A stretch of DNA of 64,000 nucleotides, taken from NCBI RefSeq assembly GCF_965284615.1, contig NZ_OZ260098.1, positions 2,732,318-2,796,317 on the forward strand, written 5' to 3'. Made by a program: the position numbers and the translations under genes. Positions 47,909-57,316 of this stretch are shown here, piece after piece (position 1 is the stretch's first letter; every line of letters starts with the position of its first letter). The notes beneath the pieces were generated by a model. That model was not told the DNA's origin. It saw only the letters and a program-made list of their open reading frames with translations, and made no database searches. Source of the stretch: Methyloversatilis sp. GTDB taxonomy: Bacteria > Pseudomonadota > Gammaproteobacteria > Burkholderiales > Rhodocyclaceae.

Positions 47909-48655
47909 TCAATGCATGAACATCCCGCCGTTCACATGCAAGGTACTGCCGGTCACGTAGGCGGCGAGCGGCGACGCGAGAAACACGACGGCAGCGGCCA
48001 CTTCGTCAGCCGAACCGAGGCGTCCCAGCGGAATCTGGCCCAGCAACGCGTCACGGGCGGCGTCGCCCAGCGCCTCGGTCATGTCGGTGGCGATGAAGCC
48101 CGGCGCCACGCAATTCACGGTGATGTTGCGCGAACCGAGTTCGCGCGCCAGCGCCATGCTCATGCCGGCGACGCCTGCCTTGGCGGCGGCGTAGTTGGCC
48201 TGCCCCGGATTACCCGTTTCGCCGACCACCGACGTGATGTTGATGATGCGGCCGCTGCGCGCCTTCATCATGCCCTTCATCACGGCGCGCGACATCGTGA
48301 ATACCGCCTTCAGGTTGGTGTCGATGACCGCCTGCCACTCGTCGTCCTTCATCCGCATCGCGAGGTTGTCGCGCGTGATGCCGGCGTTGTTCACCAGCAC
48401 GGAAACGGTGCCGAAGTCCTTCTCGATCGCGCTGATCGCGGCGGGAATCGCCGCAGTATCGATCACGTCGAGCACGATGCCCCGCCCCCGGACGCCTGCG
48501 GTCTCGAACGACTGCTGTATGCCTGCAGCGCCGGCTTCACTGGTCGCGGTGCCGATCACCGTGGCGCCCGCCTGGCCGAGCGCCAGCGCAATCGCTCGGC
48601 CGATGCCTCGGCTGGCGCCGGTCACCAGCGCAATCTGTCCGTCGAGAACCCCCAT
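47909..48655 (-). CDS. fabG: 3-oxoacyl-ACP reductase
   Basis: TGASRGIG, NNAGITRD, YAAAK. Confidence 0.97.
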   Translation of the reverse strand: MGVLDGQIALVTGASRGIGRAIALALGQAGATVIGTATSEAGAAGIQQSFETAGVRGRGIVLDVIDTAAIPAAISAIEKDFGTVSVLVNNAGITRDNLAMRMKDDEWQAVIDTNLKAVFTMSRAVMKGMMKARSGRIINITSVVGETGNPGQANYAAAKAGVAGMSMALARELGSRNITVNCVAPGFIATDMTEALGDAARDALLGQIPLGRLGSADEVAAAVVFLASPLAAYVTGSTLHVNGGMFMH

Positions 48656-49602
48656 CAATTCACTCCGATCTGTTGAGCAAGCTGTTCCAGCGCAGCACCG
48701 TCGGACAGCGCCACACCATTCAGGTTGCGGTCGATGCGCTTGGTCAGGCCGGCCAGCACCTTGCCCGGGCCGCACTCGGCGACCGTGACGACGCCCAGTT
48801 CTGCCATGCGCTGAATCACCTCGACCCACCGCACCGGCGCCGCCGCCTGACGGACCAGTGCATCGCGGATCGCGTCCGGCTCTTCCGGCGAAGCGACATC
48901 GACGTTATTGACCAACATGATCTGCGGCCGGCGGAATTCGACGTCGGGCAGCGCCTGGGCCAGCTTTTCGGCCGCCGGCTGCATCAGGCTGCAATGAAAG
49001 GGCGCACTGACCGGCAGCGCGACCGTGCGCTTGGCACCGCGTTCCGACAGCAGTGCCATCGCGCGCTGGACGGCAGCGGCATGGCCGGCAATCACTGTCT
49101 GCTCAGGCGAGTTGAAATTCACCGCAGCGACCACTTCACCTTGTGCGGCGTCGTCGCAGCAGGCCTGCACTGCGGCTGCGTCCAGACCCAGCACGGCGGC
49201 CATCGCGCCGGTACCGGCGGGCACGGCGTCCTGCATTGCCTGCGCGCGCAGACGAACCAGCGGCACGGCATCCTTCAGTCTGAGCACGCCGGCAGCGACC
49301 AGCGCTGCGTACTCGCCCAAGCTGTGCCCGGCGACGACATCAGGGGTACGACCGGTACGCTTGACCCAGCTGCGGAACACCGCGACGCCGGCAGTCAGCA
49401 TCAGCGGCTGCGTGTTGGTGGTCAGCGACAGGCGCTCGGCAGGACCGTCGGCCGCCATCGCCCACAGATCTTCACCGAGCGCGAGCGAAGCCTCGTCAAA
49501 AGCCGCGCGGATTTCGGCGTCGTCGCCATAGGCGGCCATCATGCCGACCGATTGCGAACCCTGGCCCGGAAAAACGAAAGCGAATTTCTGCATGGAAGAC
49601 AT
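48655..49602 (-). CDS. fabD: Malonyl-CoA:ACP transacylase
   Basis: FPGQGSQ, GHSLGEY, VSAPFHC. Confidence 0.97.
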   Translation of the reverse strand: MSSMQKFAFVFPGQGSQSVGMMAAYGDDAEIRAAFDEASLALGEDLWAMAADGPAERLSLTTNTQPLMLTAGVAVFRSWVKRTGRTPDVVAGHSLGEYAALVAAGVLRLKDAVPLVRLRAQAMQDAVPAGTGAMAAVLGLDAAAVQACCDDAAQGEVVAAVNFNSPEQTVIAGHAAAVQRAMALLSERGAKRTVALPVSAPFHCSLMQPAAEKLAQALPDVEFRRPQIMLVNNVDVASPEEPDAIRDALVRQAAAPVRWVEVIQRMAELGVVTVAECGPGKVLAGLTKRIDRNLNGVALSDGAALEQLAQQIGVN

Positions 49603-49632
49603 CGGAAAATCGGTGGATCGGAAGCGAGTGGA

Positions 49633-50595
49633 TCAGAAGCGCAGCAATACGCCGCCCCAGGTGAAACCGCCGCCTACACCCTCGAGCATCACGTTCTGGC
49701 CCCGCTTGATGCGGCCGTCACGGACGGCGATATCAAGCGCGAGCGGCACCGACGCAGCCGACGTATTGCCATGCTCGGCCACCGTGGTAACGACCTTGTC
49801 CATCGACATGTCGAGTCGCTTGGCGGTCAACTGCAGGATGCGGATATTGGCCTGGTGAGGCACCAGCCAGTCGAGCGCAGTCATCGGCAGTTCGGCTGCC
49901 TGCATCAGTTCGACCGCGGTATCGCCCAGCACGCGCACGGCGAACTTGAAAACCGCCTGGCCGTCCATCTGCAGCAAGGGCTTGCCGGCAACAGCGCCAT
50001 TGCAGACCTGGCCCGGCACCGACAGGATGTCGTGATAGTGGCCGTCGGCATGCAGCGCCGATGACAGGATGCCCGGCTCGCTCGATGCCTCGAGCACCAC
50101 TGCGCCGGCACCGTCACCGAACAGCACGCAGGTGCCGCGGTCGTTCCAGTCGAGGATGCGCGAGAACACCTCGGCACCGACGACCAGCGCACACTTGTGC
50201 GAACCCGAACGGATAAACTTCTCGGCGATGGTCAGCGCATAGACGAAACCCGAGCACACCGCCTGCACGTCGAACGCGGTCGCCACGCGGTTACCCAGCT
50301 TGTGCTGCAGCAGGCAAGCGGTACTCGGGAAAACCTGATCGGGCGTTGACGTGGCGACGATGATCAGATCGACCTCGCCCGCCTCGCGACCGGCCATTTC
50401 GAGCGCCCGACGGCTCGCATTCAGCGCGAGGTCGCTGGAATGTTCGTGCTCGGCGGCAAAGTGACGGAAGCGGATGCCGGTACGATCGGCGATCCACTCG
50501 TCCGACGTTTCGATGCCCCGTGCGACCAGATCATGGTTCGACACCGGCGCGCCGGGCAGATAGCCGCCCGTGCCGGTGATGCGGCAAAAACTCAT
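49633..50595 (-). CDS. fabH: beta-ketoacyl-ACP synthase III
   Basis: [28 protein letters not shown]. Confidence 0.97.
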   Translation of the reverse strand: MSFCRITGTGGYLPGAPVSNHDLVARGIETSDEWIADRTGIRFRHFAAEHEHSSDLALNASRRALEMAGREAGEVDLIIVATSTPDQVFPSTACLLQHKLGNRVATAFDVQAVCSGFVYALTIAEKFIRSGSHKCALVVGAEVFSRILDWNDRGTCVLFGDGAGAVVLEASSEPGILSSALHADGHYHDILSVPGQVCNGAVAGKPLLQMDGQAVFKFAVRVLGDTAVELMQAAELPMTALDWLVPHQANIRILQLTAKRLDMSMDKVVTTVAEHGNTSAASVPLALDIAVRDGRIKRGQNVMLEGVGGGFTWGGVLLRF

Positions 50596-51605
50596 GCAGC
50601 TACCTCGGTACGTGTCATGCATTCGGTGATGCGGGCGATCAGATCATTGCGCACTGCATCGGCTGCGCGGGCGATGGCCTGCTCGAATCCGTAGGCATCG
50701 CTGGAGCCGTGGCTCTTCACGACGACACCGCGCAGGCCGAGCAGACTGGCGCCATTGTAACGACGATGATCGACACGGCGGCGGAAGGCGGCAATGACCG
50801 GCCGGGCAACCAGGTACATCAGCTTGCGCAGCGGTCCGCGGCTGAATTCCTCGCGCAGGAAGGTGCCTATCATCTGCGCCAGACCTTCCGACGTCTTCAG
50901 CGCGACATTGCCGACGAATCCATCGCAGACCACGACGTCGGTCGTGCCCTTGTAGATGTCGTTACCCTCAACATTGCCGTAGAAGTTGAGATCACTGGCG
51001 CGCAGCAGATCGGCTGCACCCTTCACCGCTTCATTGCCCTTGATCGCTTCCTCGCCGATGTTGAGCAACCCGACGCTCGGGCGCTCGCGCGACTCGAGCG
51101 CCGACACCAGCATCGCGCCCATAAGGCCGAACTGGAACAGGTGCTCGGAGGTGCAATCGACATTGGCGCCGAGGTCCAGCACGTAAGTGTGGCCCTTTAC
51201 GGTCGGCAGGATGGAGGCAATCGCCGGCCGGTCGATGCCGGGCAGCGTCTTCAGGACGAACTTGGAGATCGCCATCAGCGCGCCGGTGTTGCCGGCGGAC
51301 ACCGCGGCCTGCGCGCGACCTTCCTTCACCAGGTCGATCGCCACACGCATTGATGAATCCTTCTTGCCGCGCATGGCTTGCGCCGGCGGCTCGTCCATGC
51401 CCACCACTTCGGACGCATGGACGACAGAAATCCGCGGCTCGTCGCTCACACCGAGGCGCTTCAATTCAGCATCGAGCACATCCTTGAGCCCGACGAGCAG
51501 CAGACTGCAGGCAGGATCCCTTCGCAGATAGGCAAGGGATGCCGGCAGGGTGACAGACGGACCATGATCCCCGCCCATGCAATCGATGGCCAGGGTGTAG
51601 CTCAT
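50592..51605 (-). CDS. plsX: Phosphate acyltransferase
   Basis: [24 protein letters not shown]. Confidence 0.96.
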   Translation of the reverse strand: MSYTLAIDCMGGDHGPSVTLPASLAYLRRDPACSLLLVGLKDVLDAELKRLGVSDEPRISVVHASEVVGMDEPPAQAMRGKKDSSMRVAIDLVKEGRAQAAVSAGNTGALMAISKFVLKTLPGIDRPAIASILPTVKGHTYVLDLGANVDCTSEHLFQFGLMGAMLVSALESRERPSVGLLNIGEEAIKGNEAVKGAADLLRASDLNFYGNVEGNDIYKGTTDVVVCDGFVGNVALKTSEGLAQMIGTFLREEFSRGPLRKLMYLVARPVIAAFRRRVDHRRYNGASLLGLRGVVVKSHGSSDAYGFEQAIARAADAVRNDLIARITECMTRTEVAA

Positions 51606-51684
51606 GCCGCGCATCCGATCAATTCAAAGTCGTCCGGGGAGGCCGCACAGGTGCGGCGTGCCGGAAAAAACGACAAAGCGATGA

Positions 51685-51864
51685 TCACTCGCCCTTGGTC
51701 TTGAGCACCTTCTTGCCGCGGTAGAAACCGCTCGGCGAGATGTGATGACGCAGGTGGACCTCACCCGTGGTTGACTCGACGGCGGTGGCCGGCGCGGTCA
51801 GAAAATCATGCGCACGGTGCATGCCGCGCTTCGACGGCGACTTCTTGTTTTGCTGAACAGCCAT
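51685..51864 (-). CDS. rpmF: 50S ribosomal protein L32
   Basis: [17 protein letters not shown]. Confidence 0.97.
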   Translation of the reverse strand: MAVQQNKKSPSKRGMHRAHDFLTAPATAVESTTGEVHLRHHISPSGFYRGKKVLKTKGE

Positions 51865-51940
51865 GAACAACTCCCCCGGATAACCGGATAAAAAACCACA
51901 CAACCGCGCCCGCCGGATCGGATGATCCAGCCAGCCTCAT

Positions 51941-52510
51941 TCAATTCCGTTTCAGCTGCCCGAGCACCGCGAACGGTGACGGCTTAGCCGAAGTCGTTTC
52001 CTGCTCGTTCACGCCTGCTGCCGCCGGCGCCTCGCACTGGTCGTGCAGTGGTACCGCGGGCAACGCAAGCAGCACTTCGTCCTCAACCAGTGCTGCCAGA
52101 TCGAGCGGCCCGTCGAGTTCCAGCGCCTCGAAACTGTCGTCGTCGAGATCTTCGTCGCCCCAGGCCTCGCCGGCAAATACCAGGCGGAAGCGGGACTCGC
52201 TATGCACATCGATCTGCACGTCGCCGAGACAGCGCTGGCATTGCATCACCACATCGGCCGCCACCGCGAGGGTCAACCAGCAGGCGCCTTCGGCATCTAC
52301 CGAACCGGTGAGCGACCACTCGATTCCATCGGCACTGCGGCACTCCGCCGCCAGTCGCCCGAACGATGCCAGCGCGACACGACCGGTCAGACGCTGCTGC
52401 GCACGCGCCAGCTGCTGTGCGTCGAGCCGGACACGTACTTCGTCGCCGCTCGATTCATTGCCGGCCGACACATTACCCGTTGACTTTCCGGCTCCGGCTG
52501 CTTCGGTCAT
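51941..52510 (-). CDS. yceD: DUF177/YceD protein
   Basis: CQRCL, VEDEVLLALP; upstream of rpmF. Confidence 0.9.
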   Translation of the reverse strand: MTEAAGAGKSTGNVSAGNESSGDEVRVRLDAQQLARAQQRLTGRVALASFGRLAAECRSADGIEWSLTGSVDAEGACWLTLAVAADVVMQCQRCLGDVQIDVHSESRFRLVFAGEAWGDEDLDDDSFEALELDGPLDLAALVEDEVLLALPAVPLHDQCEAPAAAGVNEQETTSAKPSPFAVLGQLKRN

Positions 52511-52650
52511 GAACGTCTGCTTGCCCGATGATGCAACGGGCGGAGAAACAAACCCAAAATGATACTATCCCCTTGAAGCTGCTGTCAAAGCACGTTCAGA
52601 CTTTCGGCCTGCGAAGACGCGGGCCGGCACTCCGTTTCCCTCGTCCGCAT

Positions 52651-53241
52651 ATGTCCCCAGATCTTCCTCCACTGGTCCTCGGCTCGTCCTCACGCTATCG
52701 CCAGGAGCTGCTGTCCCGGCTGCGCGTTCCCTTCACCACTGCGTCACCGGACATCGACGAGTCGATGCTCGGCGACGAAACGCCACGCGAACAGGCCATA
52801 CGCCTCGCGCGCAGCAAGGCCGAAGCGATCGCGGCGCGCTTTCCCGGCGCCTGTGTCATCGGCTCCGATCAGGTGGCCTCCTGCGGCGGACGTCGCTACG
52901 GCAAGCCGGGCAGCCGCGACGCCGCCATCGCCCAGCTGGCGGAACTGAGCGGCCGGACCGTCGTGTTCGACACTGCGCTGTGCGTGATCGATGGCCGCAA
53001 CGGCACACGGCATGAAGCCCTGGTGCCGACCGAAGTCGCGCTCCGCCCGCTGTCTCGACCGGAAATCGAGCGCTACGTCGATCTCGATGACCCGCTGGAC
53101 TGCGCTGGCGCCGCCAAATCCGAATCGCTGGGCATTGCTTTGCTGGAGCGGCTGAGCGGCGACGACCCGACAGCGCTGGTCGGCCTGCCGCTGATCCGTC
53201 TCAGCGCCTTGCTGCGTGACATCGGTTACCCGCTGCCATGA
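52651..53241 (+). CDS. Maf-family nucleotide pyrophosphatase (YceF type)
   Basis: LVLGSSSRYR, VIGSDQV, CAGAAK, LVGLPL. Confidence 0.92.
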   Translation: MSPDLPPLVLGSSSRYRQELLSRLRVPFTTASPDIDESMLGDETPREQAIRLARSKAEAIAARFPGACVIGSDQVASCGGRRYGKPGSRDAAIAQLAELSGRTVVFDTALCVIDGRNGTRHEALVPTEVALRPLSRPEIERYVDLDDPLDCAGAAKSESLGIALLERLSGDDPTALVGLPLIRLSALLRDIGYPLP

Positions 53242-53966
53242 GCACGATGACCTCGGCGGGCACGCTCTACATGCTGCCCAGCCCGCTCGACGTCGGCGCC
53301 GATTGCGCGCTCGACACGCCAGCCGCAGTGCGCGACTGCGCACACCGCCTCGACTACTTCCTAGTGGAGAGCGCCAAGTCGGCCCGCGCCACGCTGAAGC
53401 GTCTCGAGCACCCGACGCCGCTGCGCGAGCTCGAAATCGTCGAGTTGCCGCCGGAAAAGGACGGCCGTCTGCTGCGCGACCTGCTGGCGCCCGTACTCGC
53501 CGGCCGCAGCGCCGGCGTGATTTCCGACGCAGGCTGCCCCGGCGTTGCCGACCCGGGTGCGCTGGCGGCACGTACCGCCCACACGATGGGCATCCCGGTC
53601 ATGCCGCTGGTTGGCCCATCGTCCATCCTGCTCGGTCTGATGGCGTCCGGCCTGAACGGGCAATCGTTCGCCTTCCACGGCTATCTGCCGGTCGAGGACG
53701 GCGCGCGGGCGAAGACACTGGCGGAGCTGGAGAAGCAGTCGGCGCGACTCAGACAGACCCAACTGTTCATCGAGACGCCCTATCGCAACCTGAAAATGTT
53801 CGACGCCATTCGCTCGCATTGCCGCGGCAGCACCTTGCTGTGCGTGGCGGCGGCGCTGACGGCGCCCGATCAGTTCGTGCGGACGAAGCCAGTGTCGAAG
53901 TGGACGGTGGAGGAGATCGGACGCATCGACCGCCGCCCGACACTTTTCCTCCTGCTGGCCGATTAA
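53238..53966 (+). CDS. Tetrapyrrole-methylase-family SAM methyltransferase (RsmI-like)
   Basis: ISDAGCPGVADPG, FHGYLP, FIETPYRN. Confidence 0.88.
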   Translation: MSTMTSAGTLYMLPSPLDVGADCALDTPAAVRDCAHRLDYFLVESAKSARATLKRLEHPTPLRELEIVELPPEKDGRLLRDLLAPVLAGRSAGVISDAGCPGVADPGALAARTAHTMGIPVMPLVGPSSILLGLMASGLNGQSFAFHGYLPVEDGARAKTLAELEKQSARLRQTQLFIETPYRNLKMFDAIRSHCRGSTLLCVAAALTAPDQFVRTKPVSKWTVEEIGRIDRRPTLFLLLAD

Positions 53967-53982
53967 GGCGTCGCCAAACGCT

Positions 53983-54948
53983 TCAGCGCATCCCTACGCG
54001 GTTCAGCACGCCGGTCACGCTCTCACCCAGATCGGCGCCCAGTTGCTTGGCAAAACGCTCGGCGATGTTCTGACGCTGCGTGAAATCGACGATGTCGGCA
54101 GCCTTGACGACGTCGCGCGCAACGTACTCGACGCTGCCCAAGTCGTCGGCCAGACCCAGTTCGATACTGCGCGAGCCGCTCCACATCAGGCCGGAGAACA
54201 TGTCCGGCGATTCCTTCAGCCGCTCGCCGCGGCCCTTGCGCACCACCTCGATGAACTGCTGATGCACGTCGCCGAGAAGCTGACGCGCATGATCCTTGTG
54301 CCGTTCATCCTGCGGCGAAAACGGATCGAGAAAACCCTTGTTCTCGCCAGCCGTCAGCAGCCGGCGCTCGATCCCCACCTTGTCCATCAGTCCAGTGAAA
54401 CCGAAGCCATCCATCAGCACGCCGATCGAACCGACGATGCTCGCCTTGTCCACGTAGATGCGGTCAGCAGCGACGGCGACGTAATAGCCGCCGGATGCAC
54501 AGATGTCCTCGACCACGGCGTACAGCGGCGTATCCGGATAAAGCGCACGCAGCCGGCCGATCTCGTCGTTGATGATGCCGCTCTGCACCGGACTGCCGCC
54601 CGGGCTGTTGATCTTCAGGATGACGCCCTGAGTGTTCTTGTCGTCGAAGGCCGACTGCAGCGAGGACACGATGCGCTCGGCGCTCGCTTCGCCGTTCGGC
54701 GCGATGACACCGCTGAGCTCGACCAGCGCCGTGTGCTTGCGGTGTTCGGCCTGACTGAAAAGGGAACTCCAGTCGATCAGCGCAAAGGTGAGCACGCCAA
54801 GGTAGGCGAAGCCGATCATCCGGAAAAAGATGCTCCAGCGCCGACGACGGCGCTGTTCGGTGACCGATTCGAGCGCGAGACGCTCGATCAGCTTGCGCTC
54901 CCAAGTGGCGTCAGGACGTTTATCTGAAGAATTGTCGGGTTCGGACAT
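53983..54948 (-). CDS. S49-family peptidase (SppA-like)
   Basis: INSPGGSPVQS, ASGGYY, SIVGSIGV. Confidence 0.92.
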   Translation of the reverse strand: MSEPDNSSDKRPDATWERKLIERLALESVTEQRRRRRWSIFFRMIGFAYLGVLTFALIDWSSLFSQAEHRKHTALVELSGVIAPNGEASAERIVSSLQSAFDDKNTQGVILKINSPGGSPVQSGIINDEIGRLRALYPDTPLYAVVEDICASGGYYVAVAADRIYVDKASIVGSIGVLMDGFGFTGLMDKVGIERRLLTAGENKGFLDPFSPQDERHKDHARQLLGDVHQQFIEVVRKGRGERLKESPDMFSGLMWSGSRSIELGLADDLGSVEYVARDVVKAADIVDFTQRQNIAERFAKQLGADLGESVTGVLNRVGMR

Positions 54949-54958
54949 GATGGTTTAC

Positions 54959-55321
54959 TTACTCGCTGCGTGCTTCGGACAGCCACACCTGTCCATCGGA
55001 TTCTTCGAGCTTCACCGGTTCCAGTCTTGCGCCGCGGCAGGGACCGCCGACACACAGCCCGGTGTCCGGTGCATAAAGGGCGCCGTGAGTGGAGCAGATC
55101 AAGTATAACTTTGAAGTATCGAAGAACTCGCCGTGATTCCAGTCGAGTTCTATCGGCACATGGCGACAGCTATTTATATAGCCGTGCACCCGCCCGCGGA
55201 AACGTACGGCGAAGGCCTGCCGCGGTTTGTCGCCAGCGCCCGCGATCTCGAACCGCACCCCTGCTCCGCCTTCCTCCAGCGCGTCCGACGCGCAGACGCT
55301 CACGCGTGACATCGCAGCCAT
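54959..55321 (-). CDS. Rieske [2Fe-2S] small protein
   Basis: CRH...CSTHGA Rieske motifs; start at 55321 or 55312. Confidence 0.88.
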   Translation of the reverse strand: MAAMSRVSVCASDALEEGGAGVRFEIAGAGDKPRQAFAVRFRGRVHGYINSCRHVPIELDWNHGEFFDTSKLYLICSTHGALYAPDTGLCVGGPCRGARLEPVKLEESDGQVWLSEARSE

Positions 55322-55956
55322 TCCGTCAGCTCGGCCACGCTGGCAGCGTGCGCTCGCGGCGCCACGTCGAGCAGTTCGTGCAGAGGATGCGCACCGTAAC
55401 TCACGGCAACCGCCTCGCAACCGGCGTGACGCGCCATCAGCAGATCGTGCGTCGTATCGCCGATGACCAGTGTGCGCTCAGGCGCGTGCGACAGTTCGTC
55501 CATCAGTTCCAGCACCATGTCGGGCGCCGGTTTCGACACCGATTCGTCGGCACAGCGGGTGGACGCGAACATCGGCCCCAGGCCGGTGTGACCGAGCGCG
55601 CGATTCAGGCCGACGCGGCTCTTGCCGGTGGCCACCGCGAGCGTGTGACCGCGCCCGCGCAATTCGTCGAGCAGTTCAGGCACGCCGTCGAACAGTGTCA
55701 ATTCGTGGTCGCGCGCCAGGTAGTGATAGCGATAGCGGCCGGCCAGTTCCTGGTGGCGTGAGGCGGGCAGTGCGGGGACGGCACGCGCCAGCGCGTCGAT
55801 CAGCCCGAGGCCGATCACCGAGCGCGCGGTCGCGTCGTCCGGCGGCGCGACACCCAGGTCGTCGCAGGCGTGCTGGATGGCATGGACGATGGCCGCCGCC
55901 GAATCGAGCAGCGTGCCGTCCCAGTCGAAAACGATGAGGTCAAACTGTGCGGGCAT
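55300..55956 (-). CDS. HAD-family phosphatase (Gph-like)
   Basis: VFDWDGTL, ATGK, KPAP, GDT..D. Confidence 0.92.
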   Translation of the reverse strand: MPAQFDLIVFDWDGTLLDSAAAIVHAIQHACDDLGVAPPDDATARSVIGLGLIDALARAVPALPASRHQELAGRYRYHYLARDHELTLFDGVPELLDELRGRGHTLAVATGKSRVGLNRALGHTGLGPMFASTRCADESVSKPAPDMVLELMDELSHAPERTLVIGDTTHDLLMARHAGCEAVAVSYGAHPLHELLDVAPRAHAASVAELTEWLRCHA

Positions 55957-56938
55957 GGTCTTGTTCAGTGTTGCGGGGAGCGCGATCGAAGTCGCGCGGA
56001 TGGTGCGCATCGAGCCGGCGCACGAAACCCGCCAGATCCTCCGGCAGCGGCGCCTCGATCTGCAGGCGTTCGCCGGTGAGGGGGTGGTTGAGTGCCAGAC
56101 TGTGCGCGTGCAGGAACATGCGCGGCAGCCCTTCCTTGCGCAAAGCCTTGTTCAGCGGGAAATCGCCATACTTCTCGTCGCCAGCGATCGGAAAACCGCT
56201 GGACGCCAGGTGCACGCGGATCTGGTGCGTGCGGCCGGTCTTGATGCGCACACCGAGCAGGCTGTAGCCGGGCCAGCGCGCCTCCAGTTCAACGATCGAG
56301 TGGGCCGCCTTGCCGTCGGGGTCAACCGCTACGCGGCGCTCGCCCGACTCCGTCAGATACTTGGTCAGCGCCAGCTTGATGTGCTGCAGCGGATTGAGCC
56401 AGCGGCCCTTCACCAGCGCGTAGTAGCGCTTGTCCATGCCGCCGTCGCGGAAGGCGTCGTGCAGTGCGGTCAGCGCCGAACGCTTCTTCGCCACCAGCAG
56501 GATGCCCGAGGTTTCACGGTCCAGCCGGTGCGCCAGCTCGAGCAGCTTCGCCTGCGGCCGCGCCCGGCGCAGGCTTTCGATCACGCCGAAACTGACGCCG
56601 GAGCCCCCGTGCACGGCGATACCGGCCGGCTTGTTGATGGCCAGGAAGGCGTCGTCCTCGTACAGGATGTCGAATTCGAGCGCCGGAATGGCCGCTGGAG
56701 TACCTGGATCGGCCATGCGGACAGGCGGAATGCGCACCTCGTCGCGCTCGGCCAGCCGGTAGGTCTGGTCAACCCGCTTGCTGTTAACACGCACTTCGCC
56801 GGAGCGCAGGATGCGATAGACGTGACTCTTCGGCACGCCCTTGCACACCCGCAGCAGGAAGTTGTCAATGCGCTGCCCAGCCTCCTCCGCATCCACGACA
56901 TGCCGCACAACTTTCGGAGCTTTACCCAACTCCTTCAT
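55940..56938 (-). CDS. rluC: 23S rRNA pseudouridine synthase C
   Basis: GQRIDNFL S4 domain, HRLDRETSG, GRTHQIRVH; divergent from rne. Confidence 0.94.
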   Translation of the reverse strand: MKELGKAPKVVRHVVDAEEAGQRIDNFLLRVCKGVPKSHVYRILRSGEVRVNSKRVDQTYRLAERDEVRIPPVRMADPGTPAAIPALEFDILYEDDAFLAINKPAGIAVHGGSGVSFGVIESLRRARPQAKLLELAHRLDRETSGILLVAKKRSALTALHDAFRDGGMDKRYYALVKGRWLNPLQHIKLALTKYLTESGERRVAVDPDGKAAHSIVELEARWPGYSLLGVRIKTGRTHQIRVHLASSGFPIAGDEKYGDFPLNKALRKEGLPRMFLHAHSLALNHPLTGERLQIEAPLPEDLAGFVRRLDAHHPRDFDRAPRNTEQDHARTV

Positions 56939-57316
56939 TTCAAATATACTGCGACGGGTTTTCGGTCTGATTTCGAAGCAGACGCAGTGCGGAGCACATC
57001 CAGCTCGAAGTGGCGGACGCCGGGTGACAGATTGACGGTGAAGTGCTTCCTCATGCAGTCCTTCTTGGCAGACGAAAACCGGATCACGGGTTAATCCCGC
57101 TCACCCAAAGTAGCGAGTGTACTGAGTAGCGCGAGTACCGTACAGGCAGAATCCCCCAGGCAGTCGCGAAAGCGCGGCTGCATTGAGAGTTGGCAGACCC
57201 CTCCACGTCCCCCAGTCCGTTCCCATCGAAAAAACCCGATTGCAGCCGACACGATAGACGTTATTTACTGACGAGCGGTTTGTCCTGCCCGTGTGCGGTG
57301 CGCGCGGGAGAAGTTG
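56939..57316 (+). promoter_or_regulatory. rluC/rne intergenic region including the long rne leader
   Basis: About 380-bp lower-GC gap; long autoregulatory rne 5' UTRs are known in proteobacteria; structure not resolved here. Confidence 0.4.
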